From Candidatus Bathyarchaeia archaeon (GTDB lineage Archaea; Thermoproteota; Bathyarchaeia; Bathyarchaeales; Bathycorpusculaceae): a DNA stretch of 64,000 nucleotides. Positions 1-9,937 of the stretch are shown in pieces. The DNA lies in contig JBEKSS010000002.1 of NCBI GenBank assembly GCA_049516875.1, forward strand, positions 128,001 through 192,000, written 5' to 3'. The notes beneath the pieces are model-generated. The model was not told where the DNA came from and searched no databases. It saw only the letters and a list, made by a program, of their open reading frames with translations. Position numbers and translations under genes: made by a program. Positions within the stretch are counted from its first letter, which is position 1. The number at the start of each line of letters is the position of its first letter.

Positions 1-248
1 TCACCAATGCACGTTTTATCGAGGGTTTCAGAGAAGAAATAAGCTATTTTTACAGAAGGAGGGGTAGAACGGTGCACAAGGAGGTCATCTTTTTTCTAAT
101 CGAAACCAAAGACAGCAATGTAAAATTGTCCTACGAACACGTGGGGTATGAATGGCTCAACTATGAAAAAGCGATGGCAAAGCTCACCTTCGCGAACGCC
201 AAAAAGGTCCTGGCAAAGGCACACGGCTTCCTAGAAAAACAGGGGTGA
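1..248 (+). CDS. Nudix hydrolase (Ap4A hydrolase-like), 5'-truncated by window edge
   Basis: Frame 3 reads ...FIEGFREEISYFY...HKEVIFFL...VKLSYEHVGYEWL...AKLTFANAK to TGA at 246-248; LSxEH...W motif typical of the Ap4A-hydrolase C-terminus. Confidence 0.7.
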   Translation, partial: TNARFIEGFREEISYFYRRRGRTVHKEVIFFLIETKDSNVKLSYEHVGYEWLNYEKAMAKLTFANAKKVLAKAHGFLEKQG

Positions 249-304
249 CACAAGCAGGCTAATGTGCATCATTCGTGCTTTGGGCTTGAAACTTGTGGTT
301 CTGT

Positions 305-1228
305 TCATGCTGTTTCACTCGTTTTCTTAATCACATCGTTTATTGAGGCTACTGATTTTTCGAATTCTCTCTTCGTCTCGGTGTCGAGTTTGAGCTCCAA
401 AATCCTTTCGACGCCATTCTCTCCAAGAACACATGGCACACCAATTGAAATGTCGGAAAAACCGTATTCACCCTGCAGATAGGTGGAGACGCCCATGACC
501 CTGTTTCTCCCCCTTAAAACAGCATCCGCCATGATGGCGATGACTGCACTTGGAGCATAGGTCGTGGCTCCCTTGAGTTTTATCACGTCTGAACCTGAAC
601 TTCTTGTCAAACTCACTATCTTCTCAATCTGCTGCTTGTCCAGCAATTCTGTTATCGGTATACCTGAAACAGAGGCATACTTCACGAGAGGCACCATGGA
701 ATCTCCGTGCTCCCCGATTACTAGACCGCGAATATCTTCTCTTGAAACCCCAAGCTCCAGCGCGATGTACGACCTGAAACGCAGAGTGTCCAGAATGTTT
801 CCCATCCCGAAAACCCGGTTCCTCTGAAAGCCAGACTCCTTGTAGGCAACGTACGTCATGACGTCAACAGGATTAGACACCATCATTAGTTTGCAGTCTG
901 GACAATACTTCACAACTTCCTTCACCACAGACTTGACAATCTTCGCGTTCTTGCCTGCAAGGTCAAACCGGCTCATTCCAGGCTGTCTCGCCTGGCCAGC
1001 AGTGACGATGACGAGCTCCGAACCTTCCATTTCACTGTAGTCACTCGTCCCCCTAATGTTCCCGTCAAATTCGATAGCGGGCGCGGCCTGCATCATGTCC
1101 AGGGCTTCACCTTGGGCCAGATTCTCGGCAATATCAACTAGAACAACATCGCTAATCCTGAATCCCAGAATGCTGAAGGCTGCAGCACTTCCGACCTTTC
1201 CAGCACCTACAATCGAAATCATGAACAC
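305..1228 (-). CDS. mdh: malate dehydrogenase (LDH-like)
   Basis: GAGKVG Rossmann motif, TAGQARQPGMSRFDL substrate loop, NPVD, LDTLRF, GEHGDS; start may be ATG at 1222. Confidence 0.9.
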   Translation of the reverse strand: MFMISIVGAGKVGSAAAFSILGFRISDVVLVDIAENLAQGEALDMMQAAPAIEFDGNIRGTSDYSEMEGSELVIVTAGQARQPGMSRFDLAGKNAKIVKSVVKEVVKYCPDCKLMMVSNPVDVMTYVAYKESGFQRNRVFGMGNILDTLRFRSYIALELGVSREDIRGLVIGEHGDSMVPLVKYASVSGIPITELLDKQQIEKIVSLTRSSGSDVIKLKGATTYAPSAVIAIMADAVLRGRNRVMGVSTYLQGEYGFSDISIGVPCVLGENGVERILELKLDTETKREFEKSVASINDVIKKTSETA

Positions 1229-1455
1229 CTAGTAAAACTTGGTTTTACATAACTCTTTTTCTTTTCTACAACTCTGTGCACTCTTGCATTTCACAACTTG
1301 CAGCGGCTCGTTCATGACAACGCAGGCCTTGACTTTTGGCTCTGAAGTCAGTTGTTCCGCAAGAGCCTTGTTCACCGGCGCACTGTTCTAGTACGAGTAC
1401 GCGCGCTCAAACACAGTGCAAATTTTATATGTAATGTAGTCTGTTATGTTTTGAC

Positions 1456-3282
1456 GTGGTTTCCGTGGGGAAGGAAAAGAATGTCTTTGATAATCGACCG
1501 GTTGTTCTGCGTTCCAGTCGTGTTTTACTTCTTACTTCGTTATTGATTGTTTCTTTGATCTTGGTTTTCTCATTCAAACCCCACGTTAACGCACAGACTC
1601 CTCAGGAGCTGGCAGTAATGTATTCTCCGGTTCTCTATTTCACAGGGGGCGAAAAGTTCTATCCTACGAGCGTGGACTACATCATTTCAAGGTCGACGCT
1701 AGTCCGGCATTCAGACGTTGCTGTTCTCGTCAACTCGCTTACTCCTGCTATGCTAGGTTTGTACACCTCTTCAGACCTGTTCCTGAACAATACGCTGGGA
1801 ACAGTGGACGCAATAGTTGCGGATTACGCTTTGGAAGCTAAGGCTAATGGATATTATGCCTACGCTCATGTGGTCAACACGGGTTCATCAACAGTAATTC
1901 AGTATTGGCTGTTCTACGCATACAACAACGGTCCTTTGAATGACCATCAGGGTGACATTGAGGTTGTCGAAGTGTTCATAGACCTTTCTGGAACACCACG
2001 GACTCTATTGTGTTCGCAGCATTTTGCCGGAGAAAATGCGGCTTGGGGCGATGTTGAGAAAGAAGGCACGCATCCTGTGGTTTATGTTGCCCAAGGGTCG
2101 CATGCCAACTATTTCCGGTCTTTCCAGGGCAAGATAGGGCTTGAGAATGATAATGTTGGAAGCGACGGCATAACTGTGAGATTTAATCAGTCCAGTCTAG
2201 TCATGCTGGAAAGCCAAGGCTGGCTGAACTTTGCAGGACGATGGGGATATTGGGGAACGGCAGAAGAAGTTGCCGCGGGAATGGCAGGGCCTCTGGGGCC
2301 TGTTTTCAATCAAGATGGCATCCGCTGGGCGCAGCCTGAAAACTATCTTGGCAAAACCTTCTCCGTAGGAGGAAACTACTTCATGCTTGCTTGGTTGCTC
2401 GCCAATTTCCTGTTGTTTTTCATCATTTACGTTGCAGTCAGAGGCGGTTGGAAAATCTATGGCATAGTAAAACTGAGGAAAAAGAGCGGCTTGATGGTGA
2501 AGAAGTTTCTCAGAAGCCGCGGTGGTCCATCTTTAATGCTTGGCATCGCTGCGATCGTGATAACGCTAATAGCGCTTTTCTTACCATGGTACACGATAAG
2601 CGCGTCCTCTGAAGCCGGTCCTCTGGCTAAGCAGGGTGGTGTGACTGTTATGACTATTAATGGAATTAGCGGACTGCAAGTTAACATGTTTCTTGGTGGC
2701 GGCGAATCAACATCTGGCTTCAGAAGTCTGTTCTCGACACAATTTCCGTTTGCTCTGATATTCCTCGCAGGTCTCCTTCTGCTATCGTTAGATGTGATAG
2801 GTGTCAAGAGCGGCAGAAAGCTTGGAAACAAATTCATCTGGGGAGCGATCACATCTCTGTTTCCCTTCATCCTGATACTCGTCTTCATAATGATTTTGCC
2901 AATGTTCCTGCCTTGGGCCTCAGCGATCTTGCCAGGCCAAGAAGTGCCGTCGGAAGTCGGCACCATGGTGCGTACTGTAGCTTCGAACCCGATCTACGGC
3001 ACAAATAGTCAAGTTTTCCCAGTTGTTGGAGTGACAACTGTATCTTGGGGTTTGGGAATTGGGGCCTACCTCTTCCTTGTAGCTGCAATAATTAGGATAC
3101 TGGCAGGCTTTATGATGCGAAAAGCGCCGGAACTTCAGGCAGAGTCTGCGTCACAACCACAACCTGCACAGCCCCAACCTGAACAACCTCAACCTGAGAC
3201 TTCTCCGTCCGCGCGCGTGCTACGATCTGTAACAAAAAGCTTTCAGAATCAGAGAGAGACAGAAGTTCAATGGCAGCAATGA
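1456..3282 (+). CDS. Vps62-like (DUF946-type) domain protein with multi-TM C-terminus
   Basis: Signal/TM segment, then PVLYF..GEKFYP, IQYWLFYAYN, DHQGDIE, HPVVYVAQGSHANY, W..FAGRWG motifs; about 5 TM helices; QP-rich tail. Confidence 0.65.
   Translation: MVSVGKEKNVFDNRPVVLRSSRVLLLTSLLIVSLILVFSFKPHVNAQTPQELAVMYSPVLYFTGGEKFYPTSVDYIISRSTLVRHSDVAVLVNSLTPAMLGLYTSSDLFLNNTLGTVDAIVADYALEAKANGYYAYAHVVNTGSSTVIQYWLFYAYNNGPLNDHQGDIEVVEVFIDLSGTPRTLLCSQHFAGENAAWGDVEKEGTHPVVYVAQGSHANYFRSFQGKIGLENDNVGSDGITVRFNQSSLVMLESQGWLNFAGRWGYWGTAEEVAAGMAGPLGPVFNQDGIRWAQPENYLGKTFSVGGNYFMLAWLLANFLLFFIIYVAVRGGWKIYGIVKLRKKSGLMVKKFLRSRGGPSLMLGIAAIVITLIALFLPWYTISASSEAGPLAKQGGVTVMTINGISGLQVNMFLGGGESTSGFRSLFSTQFPFALIFLAGLLLLSLDVIGVKSGRKLGNKFIWGAITSLFPFILILVFIMILPMFLPWASAILPGQEVPSEVGTMVRTVASNPIYGTNSQVFPVVGVTTVSWGLGIGAYLFLVAAIIRILAGFMMRKAPELQAESASQPQPAQPQPEQPQPETSPSARVLRSVTKSFQNQRETEVQWQQ
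3154..3198 (+). repeat. coding low-complexity CAACC(T/A) repeat encoding QPQPAQPQPEQPQPE
   Basis: Imperfect tandem repeats visible directly. Confidence 0.7.
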
Positions 3283-3753
3283 AGGCTCTAAGGACAGACT
3301 TGTTTTTGTTTTTGACGACCATGTTTTTGTAACAAAGTGTAACCTGAAGCTCCTTATGGCAATGTTGGAAAGTCCATGAAATGTAACAAGTGACTTAGCG
3401 CGCTTTATTTTTTTGGGCATGGTTTTGGTCGAATGTTTGCTCGGGCTTGGAGAAGCTGAGGGGAGAAAGAAGATAATCTAGAGTGACTGCTTCTCTAAAC
3501 CCCTGTTCGAAAAGGGCCTTCCAACCTACCGAGACTGTGTTTGTGCTTTTGGATTTTTGTGGGTGGAGGTCTCCAGCAAGGGGTTTGAATCTTCAGCGCG
3601 CCATCTTGGCAAATAGTGCATGTTCTTGTCTTAGCACGATGTGAAGGGGATTTTACTTGTTGACCATGGCCTTGGGAATCGGGTGGTGAAGAATTCTTCA
3701 TAAGAAAATCTTTAACCGGGAAGGGATGTTGATTTTTATGGAGGTTCGTTAGC

Positions 3754-4674
3754 TTGAGTGACGAGGAGACTTATTCGCTGATTTTCAAGTCTTTGAACCA
3801 TCCTATTCGAAGAAGAATTTTGAGGATGTTGCAGGATAATGAATTGGCCTTCTCTCAGATTCTTGAGACGCTTTCGATGGACAGTGGGCATCTGAGCTAT
3901 CACCTTGAGGGTTTGGGAGACTTGGTCACTCGTTCTCCAGAGGGAAAGTACAGATTGTCCAGCTTTGGTTTGGCTGCTGTTAAACTGATGAGCGGGGTCG
4001 AGGAGCATCATCCGCCAGGAGTCTCCAAGTCCAGAAGCAGAGTTGATGTGGTCTTCAAGATTTTCTCGCTTGTGCTTGCAGTTGCCCTGTTATCAATGAG
4101 CCTTTATGCCGTGAACCTAACGACGCAGACAGATGGTGAACTCGCCTCAGTAAACGCCATTCCAATAGTGCTAGGTGCAAACCAGAACTTCAGTTATCCC
4201 GTAAGTCTGACCTACCAATCCAGCACTACGGAATCGCGTGGGTTTTCCGTCGAGATTCTTCGTCCTCTAGACTCTTTTGCGGCATGGACGGAGTATTTCT
4301 TTCGGTTTGATTTCCATTTCAACACCAGCTATTACATGTTCATCGCCCTCTACGATCCGTCTGGAAAAGTCTTGAGCCACATTGGGCCTTTGGCGGGCTC
4401 TGAAGACCTTGAACCTGGCTACAACTTCGGCACGGGGAGCGTCGCCACATTCACTGCACTTGGCACCTACCGGATTGAAATTCAAAACCAGAAAGCAGAT
4501 TTGCTTTCGGCCAACATGAGCTTACATCTGAAGTATACGTCTTTTCAAAGACCACTTTTCTACCAAGGACTCGCTGCACTCGTTGTGACGATTCTTTATC
4601 CGGTCACAGTGTTTTCCAGTTGGTTCTGGATGAAAAAGCAGAAACGCACCGAGCGATCCGCCAAGAAAGCTTAA
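3754..4674 (+). CDS. membrane-anchored ArsR-type wHTH regulator with extracellular domain
   Basis: N-terminal IFKSLNHPIRRRILRML...SGHLSYHL HTH, TM helix, beta-rich region, second TM. Confidence 0.75.
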   Translation: MSDEETYSLIFKSLNHPIRRRILRMLQDNELAFSQILETLSMDSGHLSYHLEGLGDLVTRSPEGKYRLSSFGLAAVKLMSGVEEHHPPGVSKSRSRVDVVFKIFSLVLAVALLSMSLYAVNLTTQTDGELASVNAIPIVLGANQNFSYPVSLTYQSSTTESRGFSVEILRPLDSFAAWTEYFFRFDFHFNTSYYMFIALYDPSGKVLSHIGPLAGSEDLEPGYNFGTGSVATFTALGTYRIEIQNQKADLLSANMSLHLKYTSFQRPLFYQGLAALVVTILYPVTVFSSWFWMKKQKRTERSAKKA

Positions 4675-4722
4675 TTAATCAAAATTCTTCTTTACTCAGC
4701 ACGGCGCCTAGGCCATTTGACA

Positions 4723-4830
4723 GCCCTGGTAGTATAGTCCGGTCTAGTATATGCGGCTGTCGCCCGCAGGACATCACTGAGAAAAACACTCTGTGACATG
4801 AGCCGGGTCCAAATCCCGGCCAGGGCGCCA
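4723..4830 (+). tRNA. tRNA-Asp(GUC) with 30-nt non-canonical intron (4773-4802, position 48/49), CCA encoded
   Basis: Acceptor GCCCTGG/CCAGGGC, anticodon arm TGCGG-CTGTCGC-CCGCA, T arm CCGGG-TCCAAAT-CCCGG; BHB-like fold around the insertion. Confidence 0.9.
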
Positions 4831-4839
4831 TATCTTTGA

Positions 4840-5133
4840 TTAGGTAGTCTTGTCCTTCTCTTCTTTTTCTTGGACAAGACGTTTCAGTTTTCTTTCCATC
4901 TTTAGTTCATAAACGTGCTCTTTCGCAGGTGGAGGCAACTCTTCTCTCTCAAAAAGCAGATTTGGAGCCACAATGCGTCTTTCTCCCCTTCTAACCTTGA
5001 TTTTCTGACCATCGACAACATCTTCGAAAGCTTCCAAGGCCTCCACAATCCAGTTTCCTCGGCTTTTGGTTTGGACTTTAACCTTGTGCTTCCCCTTGTA
5101 GTATCGGATTTCCCCGCTCAAGATCGATCCCAT
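4840..5133 (-). CDS. small conserved hypothetical protein
   Basis: ORF from ATG 5133 (MGSILSGEIRYYKG...), natural-looking charged composition. Confidence 0.6.
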   Translation of the reverse strand: MGSILSGEIRYYKGKHKVKVQTKSRGNWIVEALEAFEDVVDGQKIKVRRGERRIVAPNLLFEREELPPPAKEHVYELKMERKLKRLVQEKEEKDKTT

Positions 5134-5251
5134 CAATATGTTCGTGTGGCAGTGGATATAAAACACGCGCCAGATAGAACATGGCGATGGCCTCAAACTG
5201 ATTGCAGAAAGCATAAGAATCCCTTTCAATCATCATTCTACAGGATGAAAA

Positions 5252-6592
5252 TTGGCCTCATCCTCGCCCCACCATGCTTACTCGGACACCTGGTTACATG
5301 AAATCCTACGGAATACAGGCGTCAATCTGGATGAGGGCCCAACCGTAACTGCCAGAGCCTCCAAGAGCGGCCTGTGCGTGGTCTGCAAGGGTTCAAGACT
5401 TCTCTGCGGCAAAACCCGTTGCCCAATCATAGTGAAAGTCAACTATTACTTGAAGAGCGTTCCTTTAATGAGCAGCGAAGACGTATCTGGAGCCTCACCT
5501 CCAAGCGTGTTCATTGGCAGAATGGGATACCCGAATGTTTACGCTGGACCGCTTGTTCCTCCTGTGGATGCAGATACGAGCCTTTATGACTTGCCTGAAT
5601 TCTGGTTTGGAAAATCGATAGACGAAATCGTGGCTTTCCGTTTAATGCTCATCCGCGGCAAACGTCGAGTTCACGTGAGAGAATTTGAAGCGGCTGGAAA
5701 AGTAATTGAAAAAACCCGGGAACTGGCCCTAGCTGATAAACCCGTTGACGTCGAGCTTATGCTGACCAAGAAGCCTCACGGTTCCATATTCCTGAGCGAC
5801 GACATCCAGCCGTTCGGGCCGTCTGCGCCAATTCGCGACCTAAGAGTAGGCAACACAAGCTGGGATCATCAGATTGAAAAGGCTTACAGCGACACTGATT
5901 TGAAGGCTGTCCCTGCTGTGCTCGAACTCTACAGCAAAGGCGTGCTTGGAACAAGAATTCAGAAGGCCTTCAGCGTCGGCGCCTTCGGCTTGGAAGAGAA
6001 CCGGCGCTTGGTGCCAACTCGATGGAGCATCACAGCCGTAGACGACATAATCTCCAAAAGCCTCATGGATCAAGTCAGACAGTTCCCAGAAATAAACGAA
6101 TACCGCATCTACGAATCCAAGTACTTGGACAACGTCTTCGAAGTCTTCATGTTGCCGAGGGAGTGGAGCTACGAAGCCATAGAAGCCTGGTACCCTGGAA
6201 CCGTTTGGAACCCAGATGGCAAACAAGTTGTCCTGTTTTCAGACTGGGAAGGTCACGAGAGACGAACGACCTACGCTCAAATCGGTGGATGCTACTACGC
6301 TGCGCGCTTAGCCGTTTGCGAACAACTGGTCAAGGAAAGAAGGCAGGCCACAGTAATCGTTCTGCGCGAGGCTCATCCCGGCTACATCATGCCAGTAGGC
6401 GTCTGGCAAGTAAGAGAGAATGTTAGGAATGCTATGCGGCAAAAACCCCTAATTTACAACACGCTAAGCGAAGCATTGGAAAGAATCGCAAATCAGTTCA
6501 GCATTCCACTTCAGAGCTGGATAAGAGAAAGTCACCTAATACGCAATTCACTGTTTCAGAAAAGAATCACTGATTTCATGCTCATGAAGTGA
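5252..6592 (+). CDS. nreA: Nre family PCNA-interacting DNA repair protein
   Basis: CVVCKGSRLLCGKTRCP zinc motif, SPPSVFIGR.GYP, RRLVPTRWSITAVD, GGCYYAARL, C-terminal PIP box QKRITDF. Confidence 0.9.
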   Translation: MASSSPHHAYSDTWLHEILRNTGVNLDEGPTVTARASKSGLCVVCKGSRLLCGKTRCPIIVKVNYYLKSVPLMSSEDVSGASPPSVFIGRMGYPNVYAGPLVPPVDADTSLYDLPEFWFGKSIDEIVAFRLMLIRGKRRVHVREFEAAGKVIEKTRELALADKPVDVELMLTKKPHGSIFLSDDIQPFGPSAPIRDLRVGNTSWDHQIEKAYSDTDLKAVPAVLELYSKGVLGTRIQKAFSVGAFGLEENRRLVPTRWSITAVDDIISKSLMDQVRQFPEINEYRIYESKYLDNVFEVFMLPREWSYEAIEAWYPGTVWNPDGKQVVLFSDWEGHERRTTYAQIGGCYYAARLAVCEQLVKERRQATVIVLREAHPGYIMPVGVWQVRENVRNAMRQKPLIYNTLSEALERIANQFSIPLQSWIRESHLIRNSLFQKRITDFMLMK

Positions 6593-6819
6593 ACTGACAC
6601 AGAAACTAATCTTTTAGCCTCTTAATGAAGGCATAGAATTGCTCAATGAACCGGTACACGTGTGCTAGAGTCAATGCGAATACAATGGGATTTGGCCATC
6701 AAGGCAGCGGGCTCGCTAGCTTTTCAGGCGTGAAAAGCTGAAAGTCTTAAAAGGAATATCAATGAAGGCCTGCAAAGTGAACTTTTAAAACCGAAAACGC
6801 ATAGCAGGGACCGAAGCGG

Positions 6820-6912
6820 ATGAGTGGAAGAGGCGATATCCTCACTGAGCACTTAGCGGCCAAGCATAAGACCAGGCAGTTACCAGACTACCGATTACCG
6901 TTCAACGTATGA
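6820..6912 (+). CDS. putative 30-aa peptide (MSGRGDILTEHLAAKHKTRQLPDYRLPFNV)
   Basis: ATG 6820 to TGA 6912, overlapping the next ATG (ATGA). Confidence 0.3.
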   Translation: MSGRGDILTEHLAAKHKTRQLPDYRLPFNV

Positions 6913-7160
6913 TGTCCAGAAAGTACCTGAGTTTGTTCTCCCGGAAGACCAAAAGGATTTTGTTGAAATCGTCAAAAGATGTAGCAGGAAGACTTGGTTT
7001 TACGGGCGAAATAGCCGATGTTATGAAGAAGAATATCGTTCGAAGGGAACACCGAAAAGGGGTTGAAAACATAAGAACCTTTCCAACTCCCGTAGCTAGT
7101 TCTCGAAAAAGAGTTGAGGGCAAGAAGTCGAAAGACCAAGTTGAATCCTTTCTGCGGTAG
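6909..7160 (+). CDS. small basic hypothetical protein
   Basis: 83-aa K/R-rich ORF filling the gap before a convergent gene. Confidence 0.45.
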   Translation: MMSRKYLSLFSRKTKRILLKSSKDVAGRLGFTGEIADVMKKNIVRREHRKGVENIRTFPTPVASSRKRVEGKKSKDQVESFLR

Positions 7161-7242
7161 AACTAGGAGAAAAACTCTCCACTTTCTTTTAGACCCACCT
7201 GTCTCTGAATCAACAAACTCTAGAAAACTTTACTAAATTTCC

Positions 7243-7659
7243 CTATTGTGTGCGCCCTGCTCTTCTAAGTAGCCAAGAGGACAATTCTGTTCTAATGGCG
7301 TCCTCATCCACACGTCCGACTTCTTTTGATTCTCTTTCAACCTTGGCTTTCTTTTTGTACTCCTCAACTCGCTTGTTTGTGCCCGTGACAAGCTCTTCAA
7401 GCCAGCCGAGCTTTTCTCCCACTCGGTCTCGAGTGGTTACAAGCCTCAACTCTCTTCCAACGATGACCACTTTCCTATCCCAGAAGTCTAGGCTAGACCA
7501 CAATTCCTGCTCAAACAGCCTGTACCAAATGTAAGAAGGTTCAGAGTCCAAGGGCAAAGCTATAATGTACGCGCTAGGATAGAAGGGATCCTTCTGGATG
7601 CTCATACTGTCAGGATCGATAGGATGTTTAATGCTAACCTTATCAGACGTTTCACCCAT
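7243..7659 (-). CDS. hypothetical protein
   Basis: 138-aa ORF with globular-like composition. Confidence 0.65.
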   Translation of the reverse strand: MGETSDKVSIKHPIDPDSMSIQKDPFYPSAYIIALPLDSEPSYIWYRLFEQELWSSLDFWDRKVVIVGRELRLVTTRDRVGEKLGWLEELVTGTNKRVEEYKKKAKVERESKEVGRVDEDAIRTELSSWLLRRAGRTQ

Positions 7660-7805
7660 TCATTATCCCAGTTTTAGACTAGGCTGCATCATGAATTAAA
7701 GCTTGTGCTCACCCACTGAACGGATTGAAAGAACTGAAAAGTGAGGGTCGATTTTCCCAGAATCAAAACTTCAGTGCAGTTAATGGTCTTAAAGATTGGC
7801 AGTTG

Positions 7806-8357
7806 CTACTTGCAGAGTTTCACCGTTCTTTTGTACGTTTCCATGGTCTGAGTTATGGTTCCTGCTGTCTCTTTGGCGTTTTTCCATTCTTTGAACTTCA
7901 CCCACTTGTGCGGTTCCAACCTTTTGTAGGTCTCGAAAAACTCCTGGATCTCCCTGAGCATGTGTGGATGTACATCGGTGATGTCGTGGTAACCGTCATA
8001 TCTCGCGTCACTCACTGGCACTGAGAGCACTTTGACATCTTCGCCTTTTTCGTCTTCAACCACCAACGCTCCTATCATCCTGACCTTGACTATGCAACCC
8101 ACTTCAAGCGGTTGGTAACTCAGAACCATTAGGTCCAGCGGGTCGTCATCTGCGGCCCATGTTTGCGGGACAAAACCATACTCAACAGGAAAAACAACCG
8201 ATGATGGTATCACACGGTCTAGGACGAACGCTTCCCATTCGGAGCGATATTCGTACTTGTCCCTTGAACCGCTCTTGATTTCAATGACCATGTTTAACAA
8301 CACGGGCGGCTTGTCGCCCACAGGAATATCCTTCCAAAGATTCATGCACATCAACAA
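7806..8357 (-). CDS. ppa: inorganic pyrophosphatase (family I)
   Basis: EI..GSR.KYE, LDRV, YGFVPQT..DDDPLD, DEKGEDVKV, FFETYK.LE. Confidence 0.95.
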   Translation of the reverse strand: MLMCMNLWKDIPVGDKPPVLLNMVIEIKSGSRDKYEYRSEWEAFVLDRVIPSSVVFPVEYGFVPQTWAADDDPLDLMVLSYQPLEVGCIVKVRMIGALVVEDEKGEDVKVLSVPVSDARYDGYHDITDVHPHMLREIQEFFETYKRLEPHKWVKFKEWKNAKETAGTITQTMETYKRTVKLCK

Positions 8358-8480
8358 CCAGAGGCAAAAGCTGAACTGGCTAATTTATATTTCCTCAAGG
8401 CCATGGTTTGTATCTAGTTTTCTTGAAACAGACGATGTCATGGTGTTTCTGACGATCTTTGCGCATAAGCGTCTGTTCTT

Positions 8481-8624
8481 CTACTTGACGAACTTTGCTG
8501 GGTGTCTTTTGAATCTCTTTTTGCAGGCTAAGCTGCAAAAGTGATAGGTTTCTCCATCATGGGTGATCTTGAACTTGGCCGTCTTGTCATCCATAATTGC
8601 GCCGCAAACAGGATCTTTGGGCAT
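8481..8624 (-). CDS. YHS/TRASH domain metal-binding protein (47 aa, absent from the ORF track)
   Basis: MPKDPVCGAIMD...GETYHFCSLACKKRF: DPVCG plus YxFCS..C motif. Confidence 0.85.
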   Translation of the reverse strand: MPKDPVCGAIMDDKTAKFKITHDGETYHFCSLACKKRFKRHPAKFVK

Positions 8625-8732
8625 TTTACTTTTCTTAACCTCAAGTGGGTAGAATGTTTATTCTGCCTATTATGAATAGTGGTAAAAAAAAAGAAGGTTT
8701 TTGAACCTACGTAAAGACGTTAGCTTGTAAGC

Positions 8733-8870
8733 TTAATATCTTCTCGGGGGTCTTCGCTTCGAATAACATTCTCGGCAGTATACTGGCCTGCTTCCGTCGG
8801 GTTTGAAGGGAACTTCGCATTCCTTTCCGCAATCAGCGCAGACTGCCTTGTGCGTCTCTTTCTCATACAT
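8733..8870 (-). CDS. CxxC-x17-CxxC zinc-binding small protein
   Basis: MYEKETHKAVCADCGKECEVPFKPDGSRPVYCRECY. Confidence 0.9.
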   Translation of the reverse strand: MYEKETHKAVCADCGKECEVPFKPDGSRPVYCRECYSKRRPPRRY

Positions 8871-9082
8871 TAACTCTCTCAACTCCTTATATTGGCTGTG
8901 CAGAAAACTGTTTCTTACACGCTGCATCTACCCTTGACGCTCACACTTATAAACAATGTGCTTGAGATCCCGCAAATTCATGCAGAAACCATGATACATC
9001 ACATTCATCACGCTGCGGTCTTTTCGTTACTAAACCCTAGAAATGAAGAAAGAAAAAAGAGGAAATGCGAAAGACTCAGCCA

Positions 9083-9883
9083 CTAGCTTGAGCTCACTTT
9101 AAAATACTCCGCCAATTTTTTGGTTTCCGTTCGGTGAAGTATTTCTGCACATTTTCTGGGGTCCAAGTGTTTGTATTCCAAACCAAGCGTTACTAGCAGT
9201 CTTTGAACTTCTTTTGCAATGTTCGGGGACGCGAGTATACCTCTCACGTCACGATCAGCTTTGCTCTTGATAGCTTCAATATATTTGGCAAGTTGAAGCA
9301 CAGCGTCTTTTCCTGCCGTTTTCCGTTTGATCTCTACGACAACAAGTTTTCCGTCTTTGTCAGTACCATACACGTCAATGAAGCCTGGTTCGACCTTTTT
9401 TTCCCAGCTTATGAGTTTTAGTCCTTCCTCCAAGAGATCAGGTTTAAACAAGATGGCTTTCTGCATATCTTCTTCGCTTGCGTAGAGCGAGAATTCTGCC
9501 TCGTCCTCAAGACTTAGCGCCATGATAAGCTGGATTTTGTCGAAGGAAACTTTGACGGACTCTGACGGTTTTTGCCTTTGGGCACGGATGTCTAATACGT
9601 GTTCTTTGCTTTGAACGTGGAAGATGACGTTGCCTCCAGGCATCCAGTTGACTGGTTCGTAGCCCATTGAACGGTGAACGAGGAAGGAACCATCAGCCTT
9701 CACTAATAGGATGCGTTCGCCAGACTCGAGTTTAGACTTTGCTCTGCCCGCGTAGTCGACGGAGCATTTGCCTATGACAAGCAGTGTTCTGTGATGAGAA
9801 ATGGCCTCTCTTGCTACGTTTTCAGCTTCTGAACTGTTCGGCTCGATCACCACGGTTAGAGGTCTAAGACTCGACAATGCCAT
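9083..9883 (-). CDS. nucS: endonuclease NucS/EndoMS
   Basis: C.VDYAGRA, VKADGSFLVH, PVNW, G.IDVYG, VVVEIKR, AVLQL..Y; start placed at ATG 9883. Confidence 0.92.
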   Translation of the reverse strand: MALSSLRPLTVVIEPNSSEAENVAREAISHHRTLLVIGKCSVDYAGRAKSKLESGERILLVKADGSFLVHRSMGYEPVNWMPGGNVIFHVQSKEHVLDIRAQRQKPSESVKVSFDKIQLIMALSLEDEAEFSLYASEEDMQKAILFKPDLLEEGLKLISWEKKVEPGFIDVYGTDKDGKLVVVEIKRKTAGKDAVLQLAKYIEAIKSKADRDVRGILASPNIAKEVQRLLVTLGLEYKHLDPRKCAEILHRTETKKLAEYFKVSSS

Positions 9884-9937
9884 TTCGCCAATAGTTTTAG
9901 AAGACTTGTCTGTACATAAGATTTCTGAAGGCCTGTA

